Shown here in pieces: positions 12,233 to 24,400 of a DNA stretch of 64,000 bases. Each line of letters begins with the position of its first letter. The stretch's first letter is position 1. The notes below the pieces were generated by a model, which did no database searches, was not told the DNA's origin, and was given only the letters and a program-made list of their open reading frames with translations. Source of the stretch: Spizellomyces punctatus DAOM BR117 (Eukaryota); assembly GCA_000182565.2 (NCBI GenBank), contig KQ257456.1; one strand, 5' to 3'. A program made the position numbers and the translations under genes.

Positions 12233-15200
12233 TCATGTCCGTGCACTGTACTCCCGGTTACGTCCGACTAATAGCAGCCCTTCCGAGACAAGCTGGTCCA
12301 GCAGTGTTTGCAGTTCATTTTGCGTGTGGCTGAACTGGAAGAACATTGTTAGAAGGTTTTTGACTCTCTCGACAGTTGCGGGTCCTTGGTTTGTCAGCAT
12401 GGCCATGATCATGGGCTGGAATTTGGTGCGCAATTCTGCTGCTTGTTTCGCCCGAGCGCGATCTTCCTCGTTTCTTCGGCTTGTAGGCATAGGTAGAGAT
12501 GGCCCTGTGCAATGTGCAATGATTTGAATACACCGAAACAACCTGCCAAACAGAACAGGACGAACTACCATTGCTAATATCCTCTCCAGCAGTTTCAATG
12601 GGGGCGTATGTCTCTTCGTCCAGTTGCTTCAGAATGCCTTGCGACATCCAAAACGACAAGCAGTCACCAACATCTTGTTTAAAGTCTTCCGGGCTATTAG
12701 GTTCACGTAGCTTGGCGACAATCTCATCCCATGTCAAAGGACCTTGGCATCCAAGTTAGGTGGGAACATGCTAAGGTATACCTGTATACGCCGGCTACTC
12801 ACTCTGTTCGCCAAAGAGATGAATCACAGTCGCCTGCAGCTCTGTTACTGTAAAAGTTTCCATTCGGTCTTCCATCTGAAGTTCTATTTCCACAATGCCA
12901 GCATTGGGTTTCCATGCAAGCTTTCTGTTGGGTTTTTGTTCCTCAAAATGCCTTTCGTAAGTTCTCTTTGCTCTGTGCGGTCAGAAGGTTAGCCAGTGCC
13001 TTTTAATCAGTACATTCCTGCAACATACCGTTCAATTTCCGGTGGAAGAGAAAAGTCGGTAGTATCCAGCGGGGGCCAAAACAAGTGAGACATGACGGTG
13101 GTATGGAGGGGCGCCTGTTGACCACATTGAGTAACTCCCCAGCCAAACGATGCACAGGATATCAGATACATACCGGATTTGATTCTGTCTCCATTGTCTC
13201 TTCAGTACCTGCCTTTGAATAGAGTTGATGATCGAGTCGTCGTGATGTCGCCATATCCATGAGCATGATTTCGCATTGATTAAAACTCGCTTCCTCAAAT
13301 CTCGTCTTTAGCAATTCCACTTCGAGGGTCTGATGTCGTCAGAAATGTTACGAAATACCCATCATGGACTATATATCAGGTAGTCAACCTACCTCCTTAT
13401 CTGTCTCATAATCTAGTTTATGAATGAGGCAATCCAGGAGCATCTTGTGGTACTCGTGTACAAACGCATCCTTGGATTCACAGATACTGATCAGCCGAGT
13501 GATAATATCTGCAGCTCGCTCCTGCCGCGTTCCGACTAAACATTATGATTAGATATGACACGGTGGTGTTTATGATCCGCTGTATGTCGTCAAAGTACCT
13601 GCATCTACGGGTTCTGGCTCCCAGTTATCATAATCATCATCTGCGCCCTCCGCGTCCCGCACGCTATCACCTTGGCGCATCGCCTCCGCCAGTTCGCTAT
13701 CCTCATCCAACATTCTTGACAGAATATGCTGAACGGTATCGGGTCGTCTCCTGCAGAAAGTGAAGGGTATAAAGATCGTCTTCTCCAATTCGGTCCATGA
13801 AAAACCCGCCGACCTACCGTAAATATTCTTTCATGGGTCCAATGGTCTTCAAAAGCATGTTAGAGGTGGGATCTATGACCCGAAGTGTGTTTTCCGTTGC
13901 CACCAAAATAGTGATAATGTCTTCGGTAGCGACGCCAGCATGTAGCGCACGTTCCTCAATCCTGCATGATTGAACTGAGAAATGGCTTGCGGATAGAATC
14001 CGACGTGAAGGGGAAACATACCCTTCTCTGAGTGATTTGACCAATTCCTCTTTCTGTACCGAGGTCGTGAGGCAGTGCTAATCAAATGAAGGAAAGCCTC
14101 AATATACTAAAAGTCGTTAAAATGGTTTCAACATTTGACCCACTTTTAAATCAGTAAGCGTTGCTTCTGATGTCAGTCCGAAAGCGTAGTTCCGCACAAT
14201 ATCAAAAATTTCTTGGATACTGTCCCATAATAAAAGTCCACATATCAGGAAATGTAAGTAACACTTTTGAGACGATTATGTAGAAACTCACCGCATTGAG
14301 CAGAACTCGCGAGAAGTCCAGACCGTCAAGTCACGACACCAATGGTCAAGCTTTAGGTTTGTCGTCGAGTCCCCTTTAGGTTACGTCAATTGTAAGTTGA
14401 TGATTGCCTCAAGTAAAATCATCCATGGCGCCTACCACATACTCTCATACTGCACTATCCTTCGTAACCATCCACCACACAAATGCTGCTCGACCCATTG
14501 TATGCATTCCGCTAATGCAGGCTCCTCATACTGACCCCGGCATTCCTCCACCTTGCGCTTGACTCTTTCACGAGCCACTAGCATCAGGGCGCTGGTGGAT
14601 TCGGACAGAAGGCCGATTGACTTTAATTGTGACATTAATTCTGGTAGGCTGTCTAATTCCAGTTCAACGTCTTCCATGCTGTCTAAGATGGAAGAGTTGT
14701 CATGTGAGAAATTACTGGGATGCATAAAATACAGGCTCATCTGGCTACCTTCATTCGACAAGAATGTATCATACTTTTGAAGACTGTGCTCGAATATGCG
14801 AGTCGTAACATCTTGCCAGCATGACGGAAGAGACCGCCGAAGATGACCTTCAAAAAAGTTGTAGAGTCGAGTGTGAAAGGTTCCGTCTCTGTCAAGTGGT
14901 ACGTGAGCAAAAATCGAAGGCGTGCATCGCTTCGTATCCTAGGACGTACACATTCCCAAGCAGATCAAATCCGCATGTGTAAGCATTCATATACCCTGCC
15001 AGGCGAGTTACCAGACTGGTGTACTCCTTCCAACACCATTCTGAATAAGTGGCATCATCCACATCCTCATCCTGAACAGAGCGGGTAATATATCAGCTGA
15101 TGCATCGAATGTCGGGTACCAACTAGTTCTCTTCCATGCTCACACATACGTTTAGTGTGCTGTAATCCATCTCAAAGTTTTGTAAATGTGTTGCCACTGT

Positions 15201-15747
15201 TTTGTAAAAATGCTCTTGTACGCTCACTGCGAATTATGCCTCGTCAACGCACAAGCTGACAAGAGGCCAACGTATCATCCGTACCAACCAAAGTAATATT
15301 CGGTTATCAGCGACTGAAAGCCTTCCGCTCGTAATACGTGCACGGAGTTTGTGAGCTCTGATGCTGCGACAAGTGGACTTAGTGTTTCGAAGTATCCCGC
15401 ATATGGCATCATGTATCTCATACCATTGCTTAGGGCAGTTTCACACTCCACTGTCGAGCAGCTTGACTGAATGTATTCCGATAGGGCAGTAGACAGCGTC
15501 TCTAATGCCTGAACAAGTCGTTGCAGTGTCGGCGCACGTCACCAAATTCGCGATCTGCACGTACTGTTATCAATTCATCCGACACATTATCCACGTTCAA
15601 TAGAGGCCGAGCCGGTGCTTCTTGTGAAAAGAATGGGTCCAGAGTGTAAACTATCGGGACCTTCTCTGCAATCGGGGTTGAAATGGTGCAACTCATTTCA
15701 CATTCAAGGTCTGTTTTGACTCGCTTTGCCGGTGGATCGATGGTCAT
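12233..15747 (-). CDS. APC2: Anaphase-promoting complex subunit 2 (cullin homology plus C-terminal winged helix); multi-exon
   Basis: RALHAGVATEDII...LRVIDPT, MKEYLRRRPDTV, NWEPEPVDA, EVMLMDMATSR, SRLFWPP; C-terminal IMAMLTNQGPATVERVKNLLTMF. Start codon less certain. Confidence 0.88.
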
Positions 15748-15936
15748 GTCTACAGTGCGACAAGATTTCTATGACGCTGGAATAGAATAGGTGTATAGGA
15801 AGAGGGTACAAAGTCGTCGAACGGGCAAAAGGATAAGATGAATGGGTGGAATTCTGCTGGTGATGATCTGCAGAACTGACGCTGGCGTGTTGGACAATCC
15901 AATGAGTTGCTCGAAATCGGATATGCTAAGCACTAA

Positions 15937-16533
15937 ATGCAGGTTGCCTTTTGCTTTACTTTGGCAGTTTTTCGTCGATTTCTTACTATTGCTGATTCCT
16001 GGGCACCAGCCATTCAGCAATATTTGGATGATGAGAAGGCGTTGGCCATGCCGAAGGATCCTACGGTGGATGGAAGTACCCTTCAAACTGCACCGCAATT
16101 CGACAAATGGCAAAATGCGGGTGGTAAATCCAGATCCCAACTTGCGTCCTAGTTGGGGAGCTCAATTAGCCTTCCCAAAGCACACCAGTTGTTATTCTGC
16201 CTTGTGTACACGCTCAAGCATGTCGTCAAAGAAGCGAAAGCCAAATCCACCTTCAATGCCATTGCACACATTTATGAACCCCTCGTGAGCACATCCCAAG
16301 TCTTTGCGTCTAACACTGGGGATATAATCTCCATACCCGAACGCAATAAAGGGTAAACTCACGATGCAAGGGTACAGAAGGTCACTCAAAACATCTCAAC
16401 AGGGTCTCGACACCCCGTTCAGGCCAAGAGCTCTCCTCCACGTCGAACGGTCACTTTTGACTCCATTCCGCTCCCCACAGGAACCTACAGAGCACCTGCA
16501 ATCGTCAATACCCCGTCCAAATTATGCATTTTG
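15937..16533 (+). other. Unassigned coding-like segment (small spliced orphan gene or pseudogene)
   Basis: Two same-frame ORFs (15937-16152, 16153-16356) separated by one TAG, with plausible splice signals; no recognisable domain and no clear start. Confidence 0.25.
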
Positions 16534-16857
16534 ATTAAAAGTATTGCATGCCCGGTGCCCTAAACCCAATCTTCATCCTGGACCACATAATCCGTGTGAA
16601 ACGATAGACCAAAACCCAACGAGGTAAGCACTGTCAAAAAACAAGCAAGTCATGAGGACGAAACTGGGACTGTCTGGCATCAACAATGGTATGGTCAGAA
16701 TGGAAAAACAAGGACTCTAGTCAATACACACCCGTCAGGCTAGTCTGACATGGCTGATCGGACTAGATTACATAACCACAATTAACCCTCGCGTTTCCCT
16801 CCATTCCCCGTATTTTTTCTTTTTTGAAAATGTCGTCTTTCTGCATATCTTTGAGCC

Positions 16858-17878
16858 ATGAACACATCCGCCTACCCATCCACCAACACACCCAAGACCC
16901 CTCATCAGAGTCCACCGACGCAATGCCAGGGTTTCACCCGCTCGACACGGACTCGATGCACGAGGACGACGCCGTCCAAATCCCAAATCCCATATCGATG
17001 CCATCAACATCAGGAAGAAGATGTGGATTGTGGAGAATATACAGGTACCACAGATTACATGACAGCTTCCAACAAAGACTTGAATTTCTTTACTGACGTA
17101 TTCTAATAAGAATGGATCGACGAGACATTATCGCATTATACGAAAAAGCGACTGATAGATGAACTCGTCAAACCGGTTTCAGACAAGGATGGACCGGGGT
17201 ACATTTATGTTTATCAGTTGATGGAAGGAGATGGAGTGTTGGATGGGTCCATGTACAAAATAGGTAAAGAACACAAAGACAAGTTCTCCCTACACTCGCA
17301 GGATCGGTACTCACACGCTCAAACAGGTCGAACAACCAACATCTCCCGTCGTCTAACCCAATGGTCCACCCGCTGCGGTCTCACCCCGCACCTCATTGCC
17401 CACTTTTACACAACCCCTTACGCCCATCGTGCTGAGCGCCTCATTCATATTGAACTCTCGGAGCGATTCGGGACGGGACCAGTGGTGTGTCCTGGACGAT
17501 GTCGGGAGGCGCATTATGAGTGGTTTAGGATTTCCGAGAGGGTGTGTAGGCGGGAGGGTGGTTGGGAGGTGATGAGGGGTGTGATTGACAAGTGGGTAAA
17601 GTTTATTAGGGAAATGGGTGGGAAGGATGTGCGAGAGGTGGAGATTGATGGGACGGACGAGGCGCTGGACCTTCTCACCTCCTCGTTAGCATGTATGTGC
17701 ATCCAAGATCCAGCTTACGACACCTCCAACCTCCTCACGGCCGACGACGAAACGACCGATGAAGAATGGCATGACGCCGAAACCCACCTCCCCCACAGCC
17801 ATGCAACCCAACGATACCCCATCACAACAAGACGCCACGCATCTACCAAAACCACACAACCTACAACACTACACGACT
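16858..17878 (+). CDS. T5orf172/MUG113 (GIY-YIG-related) domain protein; 3' end lost in the gap
   Basis: Spliced GPGYIYVYQL...YKIGRTTNISRRLTQW...AHRAERLIHIEL...CPGRCREAHYEWF; N-terminal CQG...RC...CHQH putative zinc knuckle. Confidence 0.8.
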
Positions 17879-18084
17879 NNNNNNNNNNNNNNNNNNNNNN
17901 NNNNNNNNNNNNNNNNNNNNNNNNNNNNNNNNNNNNNNNNNNNNNNNNNNNNNNNNNNNNNNNNNNNNNNNNNNNNNNAAAACCTCCTCCCCAAAAAAAA
18001 GTCACGACCATTCTGAAATATAAAAATCCTCTATGCACACAGTCCTCTCTACCACAAGATAATGCAATTCTACATACTATACAA

Positions 18085-20578
18085 CTATACAAGGTTCATG
18101 GGTATCTGGAAATTCACCTGCACAAGGACGAGTAACATTAGCATCTACATCTCAGTGAATGAACAATTGAGACCAGACCTGAAGAATCGTATTCAACAAA
18201 TCCGTCGAAAACCCAATTCTCTGTAAATCTTGTATCTGCAATAACCCATTAATATACCAAAATGCTCCATATACCACCAAAGCACCGAATGACTCCGTAC
18301 CGACTCAAACACCCCATTTCTCCGCGCCTCCAGAATCTTGCTGGCGCGCTTCTCGCCCACAAACTTTAGCGCTCGCAACTGTTTGACGTCGCCGTTCATG
18401 ACCGAGAGGATTCTGTCAATGAGGTCTTGGCGTGATCGGGAGGAGATTTGAGCAGCGTCACGTTGTTTTTCGGCCAACATTTTCTAAAAATAAAAGAGTT
18501 AAGAATCTGAACGTGAAGGGGGTATTTCAAAAAGTTTACCTCCACCATGGGCTTAATCAGCTGTTCAACACTCTCCAATGTTAACCCAGGCGCAACCGGT
18601 TCGTTCTCCTTTTCGTCTCGTTTTTTGACAGTCTCCTCCTTTTTCTCTTTGCTGTGATCGCTCGGTCGCGACTTCCCTGAACCAAATATAAGACAAAGAT
18701 ACAGTGAAGATTGGACGAATACTCACGTCGTGTCTCATTGACTTGAACACAGTTTTTAATGAAACAGCAGTCTTTTGCAAATTCGAGGGAGCTGCAACGA
18801 TGCGTCAGGTACCCGTCAGTCGATGACGCTCACAGTGGGACTCACTTGTGGGTCGGTTGCAGATTATCCTAAAGTACAAGATCAGTGGGATGGACAACTC
18901 CTTTTCTATAAGGGTGTACATACCCATTCTGGCGCACAGCAAATCACCGCCTAAAAAACCAGTTCATGAACGGCATGACAGGCAATGATTGCAACCTGGA
19001 GCACCTACCAGCGCACTGGCCGTTCCGCCAAGTGAATCGCACAACAATTGCGTGATTTTCGAGTTTCTATTATGAAGGTTAGGGTATGTAAATAGAGATC
19101 GGCGAAGGTGGTACGTACCGGTAGGGTACTTGAGACTTGTTTTCCTTTAATGCTGAAATACAACATCAAAATACTGAAAAGCCATCACGACTCTCACAGA
19201 GACGTACCTGAAACCACCTTTGAATAAATCAATACACATCAAAGGGTGCACAACAAACTCTGAAAACTCACCGACCGAATCGCAAAAAGCGATGCATTGA
19301 TATGCCGACTCTCCTCAAACCGTTCTCCCTCGTTTCCTGCATTCGAATCAGTTCTTTGTTCCAGCTCTGTTCACAACAGGTCTTCCTCACCAGTGTACCT
19401 ATTATCTTCCGAGCCAGCCTATATGAAAAGCGTCAATAGACGATGGATAAAAGTCATTATTGTGTACGTACGAGATCGATGAGTGAGAGTTTGGATGTGA
19501 GGACGTGTTCGGACGATGTGACGCGGACGGTTAGTTGGACCATGAAATGAGATCGCGAGGATGCAACGTTCAATTTCGTTCCTGCTGTCGTGCGATGACG
19601 GAGCGCCACGCTGTAAAAAAAAGAATCAACCATGTATCACCGTGTAAAGGTAGAAAAATGCACCCAACGTACGCAAACGATTCCTCAAACTCTTCTGAAT
19701 TGGATACCACCTCTTCCGAAAGTCCCTGCACCGTGACCTTTCTATTGGCTGTCATGATTTTGAGCTTTTTAAGCTCTCCTGATGACTTTTATGCGGCATG
19801 TTAGAATCCGTTCATTGGATTCAATAGACTTATCAAATGTCTCTTACAGCCGTCTGAGGGAGCAAGTCGTAAACCTCATCATTGTAGCTGAAATCCAAGC
19901 CAATCAGATGATGTCCGCCCAACTCTATCAACTTCGACTCACATTTCAATAAACGACGCAGACACAGTCGCATTCACTCCAGTACGCTTGATATGGTCAA
20001 ATATCCAATCCACAGCCCGATACGTAATTCCTGCATCCGTTCGGTTCAACGTAATGATGGGGTTGGGTGCGGGCCCAGAGAGCGTGTAGGCATTCATGGT
20101 ATGTGTTTTCCCGCTACCGGTTTGGCCGTATGCAAAGACTATGCGGGAGTGAGTTTTGGGTGAGAGGCCACAAGTATTTTACATCGCTTTACCAGTTGCA
20201 TTTCGCCCTGGAATCATATCTTAGATCGGTAAGAATGCTATGGGAGCGGAAACGCTAGATTTACCTTCAAAGACATCTCGTAGTAGGATTTCCACTTGCT
20301 CGAATACGGCGACCTGCGTCGCATCACTTTTAAATACCTTGTCAAAACTGATATAACACAGGTCAATAAGGTCATAATGCCATGCGACACGGGTTGACCC
20401 ACCTATACGATTTTGTCCCATTATCATGATATGGGTTCGGTATCGTCACTGTATTTCCTCCCACCACAGCCGCCACTCTGGCATCCTCTGGAAAGGGCGG
20501 TCGTACCCGGACGAGGACGCGAAGGGCTTGTTGCTTCGAGCGGGTAGGCTTGGATGGGTTGGCGCATTTCGCGAGCAT
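18085..20578 (-). CDS. Kinesin-10 family (KIF22/KID-like) motor with C-terminal helix-hairpin-helix
   Basis: RVLVRVRPP, P-loop FAYGQTGSGKTHTM, SSRSH, LIDLAGSED, VPYRNSKIT..LCDSLGG; C-terminal LRALKFVGEKRASKI...DLQRIG. Confidence 0.88.
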
Positions 20579-20847
20579 TGGCGGGATACCTGGCGTCCAA
20601 CGAGGGTCGCGGGAAGAGGAAAAGTGAGTACGGTGCGTGTGGTGTAAACAAAGACAATGCTAAAAATTGGAATGGAAAATGTCTAGGCAAATGGTGGTAA
20701 GCAAAGCCCAACGCTGGCAAGCCACGCGACGTCCGAACGTGTCCGAAACTACAGCTCTGACACCATGCTTGAAAACGTAAGTTTTCGACAACAATGGGCT
20801 GCAGTTGCTTTCCATTCTTGACGTCTTCCATTTCACCCACTCGGCAA

Positions 20848-21675
20848 ATGTCCCCACACCCACCGGTCGACATTCTCATCCTCGGTCTCGGCTGGAGTGG
20901 CCGGTACGTCGCTGACCTCCTTACGACATTAGGCATCACTTACGCGGGGACGACCACTAATGGCCGAGACGGGACAATCCCATTTACCTTTCTTCCTGAC
21001 TCGACGGACAGCACACTGTTTGCAGTGCTTCCGGATGCAAAGATGGTACTTGTGACGTTTCCTGTGCGGGGTGGGGAAGCCATGAAGCGATTGACGGGAT
21101 TCTATGCGGAAACACATGACTGTGTCCCAAAGTACATTTTGTTTGGGAGTACGCGAGCATGGAACCCTGGACCCACTGCAGCAACGGGCGTCTGGGTCGA
21201 CAGACACACTCCCCCCGACCCAAATACAGATGTACCCCGCGTGGATGCCGAGAACGCCCTTCTCGCATGCGGCGGATGTGTGCTTAATCTGGCGGGGCTC
21301 TGGGGTGGAGAGCGGCAACCCCGCAACTGGCTTGGCCGTGTCGCTAGCACCAAAGCTGCGTTAGAGTCCAAAGGGTCGTTGCATCTGGTACATGGCAAGG
21401 ACGTTGCCAGAGCAGTGTTGGCTGTTTATAAGAAATTTACGCCGGGAGAGCGATGGTTGCTTTCAGACATGCGGGTGTATGATTGGTGGGATTTGGCTGG
21501 AGCGTGGGGAACGGCAGGCGAACAACCTGAGTGGGTTGGTCAACTTTTGGAAGAGCATGGAGTGAAAGGGCTACCGAGACCCGCAGAGTCCTTGGGTCGA
21601 GCCATTGACACCAGGGAATTTTGGAAAAAGTTTGGAATCTCGCCCAGTCAGACATTAATGGGATGTGATCTGTAG
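20848..21675 (+). CDS. Atypical SDR / NAD(P)-binding Rossmann-fold protein (YeeZ-like), intronless
   Basis: ILILGLGWSG glycine motif, LNLAGLWG, LHLVHGKDVARA; single ORF. Confidence 0.75.
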   Translation: MSPHPPVDILILGLGWSGRYVADLLTTLGITYAGTTTNGRDGTIPFTFLPDSTDSTLFAVLPDAKMVLVTFPVRGGEAMKRLTGFYAETHDCVPKYILFGSTRAWNPGPTAATGVWVDRHTPPDPNTDVPRVDAENALLACGGCVLNLAGLWGGERQPRNWLGRVASTKAALESKGSLHLVHGKDVARAVLAVYKKFTPGERWLLSDMRVYDWWDLAGAWGTAGEQPEWVGQLLEEHGVKGLPRPAESLGRAIDTREFWKKFGISPSQTLMGCDL

Positions 21676-21883
21676 CATTGCTTTTCATTTTCTATTTTTT
21701 TTTGTACATTTTGCATCAAATAAAGTGGCTTTGGCTATTCACTACAAACCACCATGCAGATGCTTTTCTCGCTCTTTCTATCAGATAATTTACGAAGTTG
21801 AATAGAGAAAACATGATGTGATGTAATTAAAAAATACGCACACACTACATTCCGATGAACCTACCCACCCATCCACCAACGAA

Positions 21884-23448
21884 TCACAAATCCCAACCTG
21901 GAATGTCCTCGACTCGTAGGCTCGTCACCTCTTTCAGCGCCCGTCCAATGATCTCCACCCCTTCCATCAACTCCTCCTCGGTGATGCACAACGGCGGCGC
22001 CAACCGAATAATGTTTTGGTGTGTCGGTTTGGCAAGGAGGCCGTACTGTTTCAAAAGGAGGCAGATGTGCCATGCTGTTTTGTCAAACTTGGATTCATCA
22101 ATCACGATAGCATTTAGGAGACCTCGACCGCGGACGGTCGAGATGAGTGGGCTGTTGAGGTTGGAGAGCGCTGCGCGGAATTTGACGCCGAGATCGTAAG
22201 CGCGTTCCGCGAGGCGCTCTTCCTTGATGACTTGAAGAGCTGCCATAGCGACTGCCGAACCAAGCGGGTTCCCACCATATGTGGAACCATGTTCACCTGG
22301 TTGGATGCAGAGCATGATCTCTTGAGAGGCGAGGACGCAGCTGACGGGATAAACACCTCCCGAGAGTGCTTTGCCGAGGATAAGGATATCAGCCTTGATG
22401 TCCTCATAATCGATCGCGAGGAGTTTCCCCGTTCTTGCGAGTCCAGTCTGGATTTCATCGGCAATGAAAAGGACATTGTACTTTTTGCAGAGTGCGTGGG
22501 CCTTGGACAGATATCCCTCGTCTGGGACAAAGATCCCGGCTTCACCTTGGATTGGCTCAACAAGGAATGCGGCCGTGTATTGTCCGTATGATTCCAGAGC
22601 CCGTTCGAGGTCGTCAAGGTTGTTGTAGCGGACTGTGATGCCTGTTGGTGTAGTGCAGCTGATGTTTGGGACAAAGGGACCAAAGTCCTTTGTGGCGTCT
22701 CGATCGGTGGACATGGAAATGACACCTAGAGTTCGTCCGTGGAAATTGCCCGTGCAAGATAGGATAAAGGCCTTCCCTTCTGGGATTCCCTTCTGTAAAA
22801 TCCAAGCTTGTGTGAGTTGATGGACGAACAAAGTGATCGGAAACATCACGTGACCAACCTTTAGGTAACCCCATTTACGCGCGAGCTTGAGCGCAGTCTC
22901 GACACCTTCAGCGCCTGTGTTCATCGGGAGGACCATATCGTAGCCAAAGTACTAGAGAGAATGATGGTGAGTTGGTTGTTTGTGATTCAAGAATGTTGCT
23001 CTTGTCACCGTATCACACAATATTCTATACGGCGACATGCCAAATTTCCGGATTTGTGTGATGCCCATCTTTTGCCCTCTACCGCCAGACTTTCTCTACC
23101 ACCTACCTCTGTAATGTATTTGGCAAACCTCCCAAAGACATCATTGTAAAACGCGCGTGAGGACAAGGTCAACTTTTGAGCCTGCTCGACGAGAGCGCCG
23201 ACAATCTTTGGATGACAATGCCCTTGGTTCACAGCGGAATACGCCGACAAGAAATCGAGGTACTTGCGCCCCTCTGGGTCCCATACATGAGCGCCCTTGC
23301 CCTCACTAAAGACGATGGGAATGGGATGATAATTGTGAGCGCCATAGGTGTTTTCGAGGGTCATGACGTCCTCGGACGTGTAGGGACGGATAGGAGCGAC
23401 CGGGCGCGATGCCTCCCCCAAGACCGACGCAGGAGCCGACGAGAGCAT
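21884..23448 (-). CDS. CAR2: Ornithine aminotransferase (class III PLP enzyme), 3 exons
   Basis: [75 protein letters not shown]. Confidence 0.96.
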
Positions 23449-24400
23449 TCTCTGAATAATGTGCAAGAATAATATGAAATAAAACCAAAAGTAAATCCAA
23501 TGACGACGCTGGACAAATGGCGGAATCTCCAAAAAACCTGCCCAAGATGCGTCCTTATATAATACCCAAGCCTGTGTTCCCGTGTGTGACGCTTGTCATT
23601 CCCGTGTGTATCCATAACTATATATGGATATATGATGAATGTAACTCTTTTTGGATAAATGAATAAATGTAACTATAAATGGATTTAACTGCTATTTATG
23701 GAAACCGCCGCCAGAAAAGGGAACAAGCTGGTAAATGAATATGGCACGTGCACCAGTTGAATCACATGACTGATATGAAGTCATTATGACTCGATTATGG
23801 AAAACCTTTTGGATTGTTTTGGTTGCAGCGCCGGGCCCATTTGCATCGACTGCTGTGCTGGCAAGCAGAGCAGGGCAATGTGACAACTTGCTATGGTGTT
23901 TTATCAATGTTGTCTAGACGAGCAATTGTCCAAATGGACAAGTGGGATGGTGGATACAATGTCTTGTGTGCGTACTTGTATGCGTAATGTCCAGCGGGTA
24001 TCTTTGCTTGGGGTGATCTTAACGTACTTGTACCGTCCTCAAGAGATGTAAACGTCGGACATGAGCGTTTCTGTAGATCGCCCAACAATTGCCACTTTTA
24101 TCTAACAAGATTTATCGTATCATTTGCATATCCCGATCTTACAAGTCGTGTGTTGCTTGCATTTGTTTATCTTTGGCTCCGATACAGCCTTGGAACCAGC
24201 AATAGTACATTGCAGCCATAAAATGCACTGGAATGTACGTCGGATCCCAAGCGGAAAAACGCAACTTGGACACGTCACCATCTTTTTGTTGTTGTTTATC
24301 GCCATCCCCTTCATCCATTACAACGAAATCAACCTTTTGGCAACGTACGCACAACGAGAAAGAAGAGCAGAGGACTTTGTTGAACCACTGTGTTGGACAA

